Source of the DNA: an uncultured Acidimicrobiia bacterium
GTDB taxonomy: Bacteria; Actinomycetota; Acidimicrobiia; IMCC26256; JAENVU01
Reading direction: 5' to 3'
Length of the DNA stretch: 64,000 bases
Assembly: GCA_963820025.1 (NCBI GenBank)
Contig: CAWFYL010000007.1
Coordinates: 652,421 to 716,420, forward strand
In this document: positions 50,372 to 59,847 of the stretch, one piece after another
Numbering within the stretch: position 1 is the stretch's first letter
How the letters are laid out: every line of letters begins with the position of its first letter
Notes under the pieces: model-generated
Databases searched by the model: none
What the model was told of the DNA's origin: nothing
Seen by the model: only the letters and a program-made list of their open reading frames with translations
Made by a program: the position numbers and the translations under genes

Positions 50372-50493
50372 GGTCGCTCTGGACGCGAACCAGACGGGGA
50401 CGACATGAGTGAGCCCCAGGCGAGCCGAGGATTCCACCGAATGGCGAACGTGGCCCGAGCGGCCCGGCGGCGCAGCCGCCAGGAGCGGAGCAG

Positions 50494-51231
50494 ATGAGCG
50501 AGAGCCGGTTCCGCCGTGTGATCCTGAAGCTCTCGGGTGAGGCGTTCGCCGACACGAGCATCTCGTTCGGGATCGACGCCGCCGTGGTCCAACGGATCGC
50601 CGAGGAGGTCGCCGACGCGCGCGCCGAGCTCGGCGTGGAGATCGCCATCGTCGTGGGCGGCGGCAACATCTTCCGGGGCATGGTCGGCGCGACCCGCGGC
50701 ATGGACCGGGCGCGCGCCGACTACATGGGCATGCTGGCCACCGTCATCAACGCGCTGGCGCTGCAGGACGCGCTCGAGGGCGTCGGCCAGCCGACGCGGG
50801 TCCAGACCGCGATCACGATGGCGCAGATCGCCGAGCCGTACATCCCGCTGCGGGCGACCCGCCACCTCGAGAAGGGCCGGGTCGTGGTGTTCGCCGCCGG
50901 CACCGGCAACCCGTACTTCACGACCGACACCACGGCGGCGCTGCGCGGCGCCGAGATCGGGGCCGAGGCGATCCTCAAGGGCACCCACTCCGGGGTGGAC
51001 GGGGTCTACAGCGCCGACCCGCGGCTCGACCCGAGCGCGGTGAAGCTCACCGAGATCAGCCACTTCGAGGTGCTCAACCGGGGCCTCAAGGTCATGGACT
51101 CGACCGCGATCACGTTCTGCATGGACAACAAGCTGCCCATCATCGTGTTCGACGTCACCGCGCCGGGGAACATCCGCCGGGCGCTGCTCGGCGAGGCGAT
51201 CGGCACGCTCGTGAGCTCGAGGGAGGGATAG
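50494..51231 (+). CDS. pyrH: UMP kinase
   Basis: 245 aa. Sequence reads [12 protein letters not shown]...[11 protein letters not shown]...[19 protein letters not shown]. Confidence 0.95.
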   Translation: MSESRFRRVILKLSGEAFADTSISFGIDAAVVQRIAEEVADARAELGVEIAIVVGGGNIFRGMVGATRGMDRARADYMGMLATVINALALQDALEGVGQPTRVQTAITMAQIAEPYIPLRATRHLEKGRVVVFAAGTGNPYFTTDTTAALRGAEIGAEAILKGTHSGVDGVYSADPRLDPSAVKLTEISHFEVLNRGLKVMDSTAITFCMDNKLPIIVFDVTAPGNIRRALLGEAIGTLVSSREG

Positions 51232-51234
51232 GTC

Positions 51235-51798
51235 GTGGCGACTGCCAAGGAGATCACCGCCCAGACGCGGCAGCGGATGAAGAAGGCCGTGAGCCACCTG
51301 CGCGAGGAGTTCGGCGGGATCCGCACCGGCCGGGCGAGCCCGGCCCAGGTCGAGAAGCTGATGGTCGACTACTACGGCGCCCAGACGCCCCTGCAGCAGC
51401 TGGCCGGGTTCAGCGTCCCCGAGGCCCGGGTCCTCGTCGTCCAGCCGTACGACAAGGGCGCGATGAAGGCGATCGAGAAGGCCATCCAGACGAGCGACCT
51501 CGGGATCAACCCCAGCAACGACGGCCAGGTGATCCGCCTGACGTTCCCGCAGCTGACCGAGGAGCGCCGCAAGGACCTGGTGAAGGTGGTGAAGACCCGG
51601 GCCGAGGACGGCAGGGTCGCGGTGAGGAACGTGCGCAGGGATGCCCGCAAGGAGCTCGAGGGACTCGAGAAGGCCGGCGAGATCTCCCGGGACGAGCTGG
51701 ATCGGGTGGAGAAGGACCTCGAGAAGGCCGTCGCCGAGGTGATCGCCGAGATCGACGAGATGCTCACCCACAAGGAGCGCGAGCTGCTCGAGGTCTAG
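51235..51798 (+). CDS. frr: Ribosome recycling factor
   Basis: 187 aa. Sequence reads ...LREEFGGIRTGRASPAQVEKLMVDYYGAQTPLQQLA...NPSNDGQVIRLTFPQLTEERR. Confidence 0.95.
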   Translation: MATAKEITAQTRQRMKKAVSHLREEFGGIRTGRASPAQVEKLMVDYYGAQTPLQQLAGFSVPEARVLVVQPYDKGAMKAIEKAIQTSDLGINPSNDGQVIRLTFPQLTEERRKDLVKVVKTRAEDGRVAVRNVRRDARKELEGLEKAGEISRDELDRVEKDLEKAVAEVIAEIDEMLTHKERELLEV

Positions 51799-51800
51799 CC

Positions 51801-53522
51801 TTGACCGCGGGCCACCCGGAGGATGCCGTGACCGACCGGCGCGACGACGAATTGGACGAGGGACAGGCGGCCGAGCCCGCCGCGCCAGGCCGCGCCACGC
51901 CCGAAGGGGTCCGGATCCTCGGCGCCGAGGAGGCCCAGGCCGCACTCGACGCGGGAACCGTCGGCCGCCGGCTGAGCGACCAGGACACCCGCTACGGCGA
52001 CGTGCCCGCCCGGCCCGATCCGGCCATCCGACCCTCGGTCCGCTTCCCCCGCTCCGCCGACGAGCCCGCGCCCGACGTCGTACCCCGCGCCAGCACCGGC
52101 GACGACGAGGTCGGGCACGAGTCCCGCGAGCCCGACGACGGACCCGACCGGGCGATCTCGCTGCTCGAGGACTCCGACCCGATCGAGCCGGCCGGCGACG
52201 TCGACGACGACGAGATGGTGGTGGGCATCGACGAGCTCGCGGACGACGAGCCCGAGCCCCGACCGGACGTCGATGCACCCGCCGCCGACGACGAGGTCGT
52301 CGTCGAGGTGGCGGAGGGTGACGTCCCGTCGGCGACGCTGCCGCACTGGACCGAGCCGCCGACCGGCGAGATGCCGTTGCTCCTGCCCGAGGCCGAGCCG
52401 GTCGACCTCACCGGGGAGGAGAGCCTCGACGCGTACTCGGCCGCCGCGAGCACCGCGACCGGCCCGCGCTTCCTCACCGGGGTCGGCGACTGGGCCCAGG
52501 AGGAGTACGAGTCGATCGACGCGCTCGGCGACGACACGACGAACGTCGGTGCCCTCGCGGCCGCGCCCGAGGACGACGACACCGCCTTCGATCGTGAGGT
52601 CGCGGCCCGGCGCCGGATCCGGCCCCGCACCGAGGCCGGGGCCCGGGCGGCCGCCGGCGGTGCCGCGGCACGCCGGCCGACGCGCCCACCCGAGGCGGAC
52701 CTCGTCGCGCCCGGCGCCGAGCCGGATCTCACCACGCGTGTGATCACCGGGGTGGGCATCGCGGTGCTGGCGCTGATCTGCCTCAAGCTCGGGCGCGACG
52801 CGACGATGGTGCTCGCCACCGCGATCGTCGGGCTCGCCTCCCTCGAGCTCTTCCAGGGCCTCCACCGCCGGGGCTTCCGGCCCGCGACGATCCTCGCGGT
52901 CGTCGGCTCGATCGCCATCGTCCCGATCGCGTTCAAGCGCGGCGAGTTCGCGTTCCCGTTCACGCTCGCGATCGTCACGGTCTTCGCCCTCCTCTGGTAC
53001 CTGTTCCAGGTGGTGCGGGCCCGTCCCGTCGTCAACGTCGCGGTGACGGTGATGGGCTTCGTGTACGTCGGGGTCCTCGGCGGCTTCGCCGGGTTGCTCC
53101 TGAGCTACCAGAACGGCGTGGGCCTCATCCTCGGCGTCGTGCTCTGCGTCGTGGGCTACGACGTGTTCGGCTACCTGGTCGGTTCGCAGCTGGGCAAGCG
53201 ACGCCTCGTCCCCGACATCTCACCGAACAAGACGATCGAGGGCCTCCTCGGCGGGATGACCGCCTCGGTCCTGGTCGCGGTGATCGTCGTGAAGCAGATC
53301 ACGCCGTGGGGAGACCTCACCGACGCGCTGGCCCTCGGCCTGACGGTCGCGGTGATGGCACCGCTCGGCGACCTCTGCGAGTCGATGATCAAGCGGGACC
53401 TCGGCGTGAAGGACTTCGGCACGCTGCTCCCGGGCCACGGCGGGATCCTGGACCGCTTCGACGCGATCCTGTTCTGCCTGCCCGCGGTGTACTACCTCGC
53501 TCGCGCGCTGACGATCGGCTGA
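51801..53522 (+). CDS. cdsA: Phosphatidate cytidylyltransferase CdsA with a ~290-aa acidic low-complexity N-terminal extension
   Basis: 573 aa ORF with a TTG start. The C-terminal ~280 aa are the polytopic CdsA core (ISPNKTIEGLLGG...DLCESMIKRDLGVKDFGTLLPGHGGILDRFD). The N-terminal half is D/E/P/A-rich with no TM segment. Confidence 0.85.
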   Translation: MTAGHPEDAVTDRRDDELDEGQAAEPAAPGRATPEGVRILGAEEAQAALDAGTVGRRLSDQDTRYGDVPARPDPAIRPSVRFPRSADEPAPDVVPRASTGDDEVGHESREPDDGPDRAISLLEDSDPIEPAGDVDDDEMVVGIDELADDEPEPRPDVDAPAADDEVVVEVAEGDVPSATLPHWTEPPTGEMPLLLPEAEPVDLTGEESLDAYSAAASTATGPRFLTGVGDWAQEEYESIDALGDDTTNVGALAAAPEDDDTAFDREVAARRRIRPRTEAGARAAAGGAAARRPTRPPEADLVAPGAEPDLTTRVITGVGIAVLALICLKLGRDATMVLATAIVGLASLELFQGLHRRGFRPATILAVVGSIAIVPIAFKRGEFAFPFTLAIVTVFALLWYLFQVVRARPVVNVAVTVMGFVYVGVLGGFAGLLLSYQNGVGLILGVVLCVVGYDVFGYLVGSQLGKRRLVPDISPNKTIEGLLGGMTASVLVAVIVVKQITPWGDLTDALALGLTVAVMAPLGDLCESMIKRDLGVKDFGTLLPGHGGILDRFDAILFCLPAVYYLARALTIG

Positions 53523-54640
53523 TGTCCCCACCCATCAACGTCGTCCTCCTGGGATCGACGGGGTCGGTCGGGACGCAGGCGATCGACGTCATCCGGGACC
53601 ACCCCGACGACTACCGCGTCGTCGGCCTCGCCGCCGGTCGCAACGAGGCGGCGCTCGCGGCCCAGGCCGAGGTGCTGGGCGTCCCCGCGAACCGGGCGCG
53701 GCTCGCCGGTGACGCGCCCGAGGTGCTCGCCGACCTCGCCGCGCTGCCCGAAGCGGATGTGGTCCTCAATGCGGTCGTCGGCTTCGCCGGGCTTCCCGCG
53801 ACGCTCGCCGCGCTCGAGCACGGCAAGCGGCTCGCGCTCGCCAACAAGGAGAGCCTCATCGCCGGTGGGCCCGTGGTGGCCAAGGCGCGGCGGGCGGGCG
53901 GCGGCGAGATCGTCCCCGTCGACTCCGAGCACTCGGCCGTGTACCAGGCTCTGCGCGCCGGGACTCCCGACGAGGTCGCCAAGGTCGTGCTCACCGCGAG
54001 CGGCGGACCGTTCCGGGGCCGGACCCGGGCGGAGCTCGCGCACGTGACCGTGGCCGACGCGCTCCAGCACCCGACCTGGAGCATGGGTCCCAAGATCACC
54101 GTCGACTCGTCGACCCTGATCAACAAGGGCCTGGAGGTGATCGAGGCGCACGAGCTGTTCGGCATCGACTTCGATCGGATCGAGGTCGTGGTGCACCCGC
54201 AGTCGGTGGTGCACGGGATGGTCGAGTTCCGGGACGGCGCCACCATCGCCCAGCTGTCGATGCCCGACATGAAGCTCCCCATCGGCCTGGCGCTCGGCGC
54301 GCCGGCCCGCCTCGACCAGCCGTTCGGGGCCATCGACTGGTCGTCGCTCGGAACGCTGACCTTCGAGCCGCCGGATCTCGAGGCGTTCCCGGGCCTCGGG
54401 CTCGCGTACGCGGCCGGCCGGGCCGGGGGTGGGGCGCCGGCCGTGCTCAGCGGGGCCAACGAGGTCGCCGTGGAGGCGTTCCTGGCCGGGGCGATCCCGT
54501 GGCTCGGGATCGCCGAGACCGTGGACGAGGTGCTCCAGGCCGGGACCGGGAACGTCGATGACGTCTCGGACGTTCTGGACACGGACCGGGTCGCGCGCGA
54601 GCGGGCCCGGCGTGTCATCGCCAACCGAGCCGCCGCATGA
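53522..54640 (+). CDS. dxr: 1-deoxy-D-xylulose 5-phosphate reductoisomerase
   Basis: ATG at 53522 shares 1 nt with the cdsA stop. Sequence reads MSPPINVVLLGSTGSVGTQAIDVI...LANKESLI...PVDSEHSA...MGPKITVDSSTL. Confidence 0.93.
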   Translation: MSPPINVVLLGSTGSVGTQAIDVIRDHPDDYRVVGLAAGRNEAALAAQAEVLGVPANRARLAGDAPEVLADLAALPEADVVLNAVVGFAGLPATLAALEHGKRLALANKESLIAGGPVVAKARRAGGGEIVPVDSEHSAVYQALRAGTPDEVAKVVLTASGGPFRGRTRAELAHVTVADALQHPTWSMGPKITVDSSTLINKGLEVIEAHELFGIDFDRIEVVVHPQSVVHGMVEFRDGATIAQLSMPDMKLPIGLALGAPARLDQPFGAIDWSSLGTLTFEPPDLEAFPGLGLAYAAGRAGGGAPAVLSGANEVAVEAFLAGAIPWLGIAETVDEVLQAGTGNVDDVSDVLDTDRVARERARRVIANRAAA

Positions 54641-54647
54641 GGTCCCT

Positions 54648-55862
54648 GTGAAAGATCCGCTCGACGACTCCCCCCCGGTCGAGACCAAGAAGGCCGTCAC
54701 CGGCATCGCGGTGATCCTCGTGGGGATCGCGCTGCTCGTGCTCGCCCGGCCGTCGGCCTGGGTGACGATCTCGATCGTCGTCGGCTTGATCCTCACGATC
54801 ATGCTGCACGAGGCCGGTCACATGATCATGGCCAAGCGCGCGGGCATGAAGGTCACGGAGTTCTTCGTCGGGTTCGGGCCGCGGCTCTGGTCGTTCCGCC
54901 ACGGCGAGACCGAGTACGGCGTGAAGGCGATCCCGGCCGGCGGCTACGTCCGCATCATCGGGATGAGCAACGTCGAGGAGATCGATCCCGAGGACGAGCC
55001 CCGCGCGTACCGCAATGCGTCGACGAGCAAGAAGCTCAAGACGATCCTCGCGGGCATCACGGTCAACCTGTTGATCGCCTACGTCCTCTTCTTCGTCGTC
55101 ATCGTGGGCAACGGCGAGTTCAAGCCGGGAACCGCGGTCGATCAGGTGCAGCGCAAGAGCCCCGCGGCGGCCGCGGGCCTGAAGGCCGGCGACAAGATCG
55201 TGGCGATCAACGGCGTGCGGATCAAGAACTGGGACGATCTCGGCGCGAACGTCCGTCCCAACGCGGGCAAGGACATCGACGTCACCGTCCGGCGCCACGG
55301 CGAGCTGGTCTCCGTGACCGCGAAGCCCCAGAACGTCGGCGGTGAGGGCAAGCTCGGGGTGTACCCGAACAGCATCCGCCAGACCTACTCCGTGTTCGAA
55401 GCGGTGCCGCAGAGCTTCAACTGGATGTGGCGCGCCACCACGGCGACCGTCGGCGGGCTCGCGAAGGTGTTCTCGCCGTCCGGCGTGGAGAAGTACGGCA
55501 AGACGGTGACCGCGCCCGGGTCGAAGGGATCGTTCAGCAACGAGCAGCGCCCGCGCTCGATCGTCGGCATCGTGGCTGACGGCGGCAGCATCGTCGGCGG
55601 CAGCGTCTGGGTGCTGCTCGTCCTGCTCGCGACGATCAACCTGTTCCTCGCGCTGTTCAACCTGATCCCGCTGCTGCCGTTCGACGGTGGCCACGCGGCG
55701 GTGGCGATCTACGAGTACTTCGCGTCCAAGGTCACCGGCCGGCACGTCCAGGTGGACTACAAGCGCCTGATGCCGATCACCGCCGCGGTGCTCGTGGTGG
55801 TGCTGGCGCTGGGGCTGTCGACGATGTACCTGGATGTGCGCCAGATCTTCACCGGAACCTGA
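54648..55862 (+). CDS. M50 family site-2 metalloprotease (RseP/Rip1-like) with PDZ domain
   Basis: GTG at 54648 is preceded by gagg. It has LHEAGHMIMAKRAG (HExxH), a PDZ-like segment (SPAAAAGLKAGDKIVAINGV), and the C-terminal NLFLALFNLIPLLPFDGGH. Confidence 0.9.
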   Translation: MKDPLDDSPPVETKKAVTGIAVILVGIALLVLARPSAWVTISIVVGLILTIMLHEAGHMIMAKRAGMKVTEFFVGFGPRLWSFRHGETEYGVKAIPAGGYVRIIGMSNVEEIDPEDEPRAYRNASTSKKLKTILAGITVNLLIAYVLFFVVIVGNGEFKPGTAVDQVQRKSPAAAAGLKAGDKIVAINGVRIKNWDDLGANVRPNAGKDIDVTVRRHGELVSVTAKPQNVGGEGKLGVYPNSIRQTYSVFEAVPQSFNWMWRATTATVGGLAKVFSPSGVEKYGKTVTAPGSKGSFSNEQRPRSIVGIVADGGSIVGGSVWVLLVLLATINLFLALFNLIPLLPFDGGHAAVAIYEYFASKVTGRHVQVDYKRLMPITAAVLVVVLALGLSTMYLDVRQIFTGT

Positions 55863-55915
55863 CTCAGCCTCGGCATGCCGGCGCGGGGCCGGGCCCGCGG
55901 ACGGCTTAGGCTGAG
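55863..55915 (+). other. Nested stem-loop filling the rip1-ispG spacer (possible attenuator, processing site or terminator)
   Basis: The outer stem is ctcagcct (55863-55870) with aggctgag (55908-55915). The inner stem is cgcggg (55882-55887) with cccgcg (55894-55899). Confidence 0.3.
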
Positions 55916-55920
55916 GCGGC

Positions 55921-57171
55921 ATGCACGAGCGCCGTCCGACCCGGCAGGTCCTCGTCGGCCGCCCCCCGGGGCTGTCCGTCGCCGTGGGCGGCGACGCCCC
56001 GGTCTCGGTCCAGTCGATGACCACGACGAAGACCGCGGACGTCGACGCGACGCTCGCCCAGATCTACGCGCTCGCCGCGGCGGGCTGCGACATCGTGCGC
56101 TGCACGTGCAACGAGGAGGCCGCCGCCGAGGGTCTCGCCCAGATCGTCCCGCGCTCGCCGGTGCCGATCATCGCCGACATCCACTTCCAGTACCGGCTCG
56201 CGCTCGCGGCGATGGAAGCCGGTGTGCAGGGCCTGCGGCTCAACCCGGGCAACATCCGCAAGGCGGAGCACATCAAGGTCGTCGCGCGCGAGGCCAAGGA
56301 CCGGGGCCTGCCGATCCGCATCGGCGTGAACGCCGGCAGCCTGGACCCGGACATCGCCGAGCGTCACGGTGGGGCGACCCCCGAGGCACTCGTCGCGTCG
56401 GCCGAGCGCGAGCTCGCGTACTTCCGCGAGGTCGGCTTCGAGGACTGCAAGATCTCGGTGAAGGCGAGCAACGTGCCGACGATGATCGACGCGTACCGGT
56501 TGCTGTCCGAGACCGTGGACTTCCCGCTCCACCTCGGCGTCACCGAGGCCGGCCCGCCGCCGGCGGGGCTGGTGAAGTCGACCGCCGGGATCGGCACGCT
56601 CCTGAGCGAGGGCATCGGCGACACGATCCGCTACTCCCTCACCGCCGACCCGGTGGAGGAGGCGCGCGCCGGCCGCACGCTGCTCGAGGCACTGGGCCTG
56701 CGCGAGCGGAAGGGGCTCGACCTCATCGCGTGCCCGAGCTGCGGTCGGGCCGAGGTCGACGTCATCCAGGTGGCGAACGCGGCGCAGGCGGCGCTGACGG
56801 ACCGCGACATCCCGCTGCAGGTCGCGGTGATGGGGTGCGTGGTGAACGGCCCCGGTGAGGCGCGCGAGGCGGACCTCGGGATCGCCGCGGGCCGCGGGCG
56901 CGGCCACCTGTTCGTGAAGGGCAAGGTGGTGCGGGTCGTGCCCGAGGCCGAGATGGTCGACGCGCTGGTGGCCGAGGCCGAGCGGATCATGGAGGACGGC
57001 ATCGACGCGGTCCTGGCCTCGGCCGACGCGGGCGCCGAGGCGGAGTCGGAAGCGGCGCGCGCCGAGCTGCTCGCCGAGCAGGGCGGCGACGTCAACCACG
57101 CGGACGAGAAGATCGACCGCATCCGCGCGGTCACGGAACCGGAGTCGACGCCCGTGGAGCTCAGGCAGTAG
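55921..57171 (+). CDS. ispG: 4-hydroxy-3-methylbut-2-en-1-yl diphosphate synthase
   Basis: 416 aa. Sequence reads VSVQSMTTTKTADVDATLAQI..LAAAGCDIVRCTC...IADIHFQY...LRLNPGN...ACPSCGR...GCVVNGPGE. Confidence 0.95.
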   Translation: MHERRPTRQVLVGRPPGLSVAVGGDAPVSVQSMTTTKTADVDATLAQIYALAAAGCDIVRCTCNEEAAAEGLAQIVPRSPVPIIADIHFQYRLALAAMEAGVQGLRLNPGNIRKAEHIKVVAREAKDRGLPIRIGVNAGSLDPDIAERHGGATPEALVASAERELAYFREVGFEDCKISVKASNVPTMIDAYRLLSETVDFPLHLGVTEAGPPPAGLVKSTAGIGTLLSEGIGDTIRYSLTADPVEEARAGRTLLEALGLRERKGLDLIACPSCGRAEVDVIQVANAAQAALTDRDIPLQVAVMGCVVNGPGEAREADLGIAAGRGRGHLFVKGKVVRVVPEAEMVDALVAEAERIMEDGIDAVLASADAGAEAESEAARAELLAEQGGDVNHADEKIDRIRAVTEPESTPVELRQ

Positions 57172-57175
57172 GCGG

Positions 57176-57877
57176 ATGGCGGGCCGATCTCGTGGGGCCG
57201 GGCTGATCCCGGACTTCCTGTGGCCGGTGATCGGGTGGGTCATCGGGGCGCTCGTGCTGGTGGTCGCCGTCCTGGGTGCGCTGACGCGGGGGTCGTCGTC
57301 GGCCTGGTCCGTCGAGCGACCGGTGATGGACTGGTTGCGCAGTGCGCACCTGCCGCGCGCGCTGGTCGACTTCGGGCAGGCGATCGGCTCGCCGGCCTTC
57401 TTCGCGGCGGTCGTCGCCCTCCTCGCGATCTGGGCGGTCGCCCGACGGAACTGGCCCGCGCTCGTCGCCCTCGCCACCGTGCCGGGGACGGTGTTCATCG
57501 TGGAGGCGGTGCTGAAGCCGGTCGTCGACCGGCACTACGTGTGGGGGGGAAGCGCGCAGTACTACCCGTCGGGCACCGCGGCCGGCGTGGCGGCCTGGAC
57601 CACGCTCACGTGGATCTTCGCGGTGCCGTTCGTGCGCCGGCCCGGGCTGCGGCTGGGGCTGGGCGTCGCGCTCGGTGCGCTCGGCACCCTGACCGCGGTG
57701 TCGGTGGTGGCGGCGAGAAAGCACTACCCCATCGACGCGATCGGAGGCGTCGCGACGGGGATGGCGGTGGTGCTCGCGTGCGGGGCGCTGATCGACCGGG
57801 CGACCGGGGTGCACGATCGCTCCGAGGCGTCGGCGCGGGTGGATCCCGAAACGGTGCCGGAGGTCAGCCCCGGTTGA
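57176..57877 (+). CDS. PAP2 superfamily phosphatase (membrane)
   Basis: 233 aa, multi-TM, with PAP2 motifs KPVVDR ... YPSGT ... ARKHYPIDAIGG. Confidence 0.82.
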   Translation: MAGRSRGAGLIPDFLWPVIGWVIGALVLVVAVLGALTRGSSSAWSVERPVMDWLRSAHLPRALVDFGQAIGSPAFFAAVVALLAIWAVARRNWPALVALATVPGTVFIVEAVLKPVVDRHYVWGGSAQYYPSGTAAGVAAWTTLTWIFAVPFVRRPGLRLGLGVALGALGTLTAVSVVAARKHYPIDAIGGVATGMAVVLACGALIDRATGVHDRSEASARVDPETVPEVSPG

Positions 57878-58628
57878 GGTGGAGGTCGCGCCGGCGGGCG
57901 CGCCAGCCGCGCGCGCTCGCGTCCTCGAGCCGCTCGGTGCGGAGCCGCTCGACCAGCTCGTCCTCGAGCGGAGCGAGGTCGGCACCGAGGATCCAGCCGA
58001 TCATGAGGTCGGCGAGCGCCGGGTTGCGTGGGAGCACCGGGCCGTGCAGGTACGTGCCGACGATCCGCTCGCGCAGCACCCCGTCGACCCCGCCGACGCC
58101 GTTACCGCCGCCGGTGCGCACCCGGCCGAGCGGTCGCTCGCCCGGGCCGAGCGTGGTCCGGCCGCCGTGGTTCTCGAACCCGGTCAGGAGCGGGAGCCCG
58201 AGGCTCGGGTCCGGCTCGACCACGACCTCGCCGATCAGCCGGTGCGGGCCGGCCGACGTCGTCAGGTCCACCAGCCCGAGCCCGTCGAGTCGCTCGCCGT
58301 CGCCGGCTTCGTAGGAGTGGCCGATCAGCTGGAACCCGGCGCAGACCGCGAAGACGACCGCGCCGGCGCGGTGCGCACCCTCGATCGCCGCGCGGGACGC
58401 GCGCATGCCCGCCGCGGCCATCACCTGGGGGTCGTCCTCACCCCCGCCGAACAGGTACACGTCGAGGGAGTCGGGGATCCGGTCGCCGGCCGGGACCTCC
58501 ACGAGCTCGGCCTCGAAGCCCCGCCGTCGGCACCGCTCCACCAGGACCACGGCGTTCCCCCGGTCGCCGTAGGTCCCGAGCAGCTCGGGGAACACGAGCC
58601 CGACACGCACGGCGGACGCACGCGTCAC
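57864..58628 (-). CDS. gatD: Lipid II isoglutaminyl synthase, glutaminase subunit GatD (CobQ-type GATase)
   Basis: An in-frame GTG at 58628-58626 (GTGA overlap with the murT stop) lies within ORF 57864..59753. Sequence reads VRVGLVFPELLGTYGDRGNAVVL...VFAVCAGFQLIGHSY...GTYLHGPVLPRNPALAD. Confidence 0.85.
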   Translation of the reverse strand: MTRASAVRVGLVFPELLGTYGDRGNAVVLVERCRRRGFEAELVEVPAGDRIPDSLDVYLFGGGEDDPQVMAAAGMRASRAAIEGAHRAGAVVFAVCAGFQLIGHSYEAGDGERLDGLGLVDLTTSAGPHRLIGEVVVEPDPSLGLPLLTGFENHGGRTTLGPGERPLGRVRTGGGNGVGGVDGVLRERIVGTYLHGPVLPRNPALADLMIGWILGADLAPLEDELVERLRTERLEDASARGWRARRRDLHLNRG

Positions 58629-59847
58629 CAGGACCGCCTCGTCAGCCGCGTGAACTGTGTGTACGACGCGACGATGTCCACGCAGTCGCCGGGGAGCCGC
58701 GCCGCGGCGGCGAGCGGGTCGGGCTCCACGAAGCAGTCGACCCCGCCGTAGTCGAGGCGCACCGCGACGTCGAGCGCGCGCTCGCCGCTCGCCGCGACGG
58801 GCACCCCGCGCAACAGCTCGTAGGGCACGTCCCAGAGCCACGACGGGTCGCGCCCGTCGGCGACGTGGGCGTTCACCGCGAGGACCACGCCGGCGGTGCG
58901 GTCCTCCAGCCAGCGCAGCACCTCGGTCCAGCCCGCCGGGTTCTTCGCGAGCAGCACGCGCGCGTCGCGCCCGTCGGGGAGCCGCCGGGTGGAGAACCGG
59001 CCCGACACCACCTCGACGCTCCCCACCCCCTCCACCGCGCGCCCGATCGGCACCGCGAAGTGCTCGATCGCCGCGGTCAGCGCGAGCGCGGCGTTCATCC
59101 GGTTCCAGCTCCCGGGCAGCCGGAGGTGCATCGGGATGCGCTCGGCGCCCAGCACGAGCACGTCGCCGTCGAGCCGGTTGGGGGAGTCGGGCTGCCCGAA
59201 GCCGCACTGCGGGCAGTCGAACCGCTCGGCGGACCAGGTCAGGAGCGCGGCGCAGCGGGGGCACGTGGCCGCGTCTGCGCGCCACGGGGCGCCGAGCGCG
59301 ACCCAGACCGGGTTCGCGGGCTCGGCCGCCCACACCACGTTCGGGTCCGACGAGTTGGCGACGACGGCGATCTCCGGGCGCGCGGTGCAGACCTCGCGCC
59401 AGCCGGCGGCGATCACCCGCACCTCCCCGAAGCGGTCGAGCTGGTCGCGGGTCAGGTTCCCGAGCACGAGCAGGTCGGTGCCGAGAGGGTCGACCACCTT
59501 GGGGAGCCACCGCTCGTCGACCTCGATGATCGCGACGTCGCTCTCCGGCTCGCGGCGAGCCCGGCGGCGATGCCGGCGGGCATGTTCGCACCGGTGTGGT
59601 TGGTGGCGACGGACGTACCGTTCGCCCGCAGCGCCTCCGCGAGCAGGCGGGTGGTCGTCGTCTTGCCGTTGGTCGCGGACACGAGCGCGACGCGGCGCGC
59701 CCCGACGACGTCAGCCAGCAGGTCGGGCTGGAGGCCGAGCATGACGCGCCCACTGATCTGGCTCCCGGCGCCGCGACCGGTCACCCGCGACGCCCATCCG
59801 GCGGCGCGTCCCGCGGCGAGCACGACACGCGTGCGAGGACCGGTCAC
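58625..59847 (-). CDS. murT: Lipid II isoglutaminyl synthase, Mur-ligase-like subunit MurT; one frame break in the sequence as given
   Basis: GTG 59847-59845 is in a GTGA overlap with the upstream methyltransferase stop. The N-terminal part (...VALVSATNGKTTTTRLLAEALRANG...GANMPAGIAAGLAA) is in the frame of ORF 59452..60105. The remainder (EPESDVAIIEVDERWLPKVVDPLGTDLLVLGNLTRDQLDRFGE...CPRC...CPQCG...) is in ORF 58625..59497. A 1-nt gap lies at ~59552. Confidence 0.85.
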
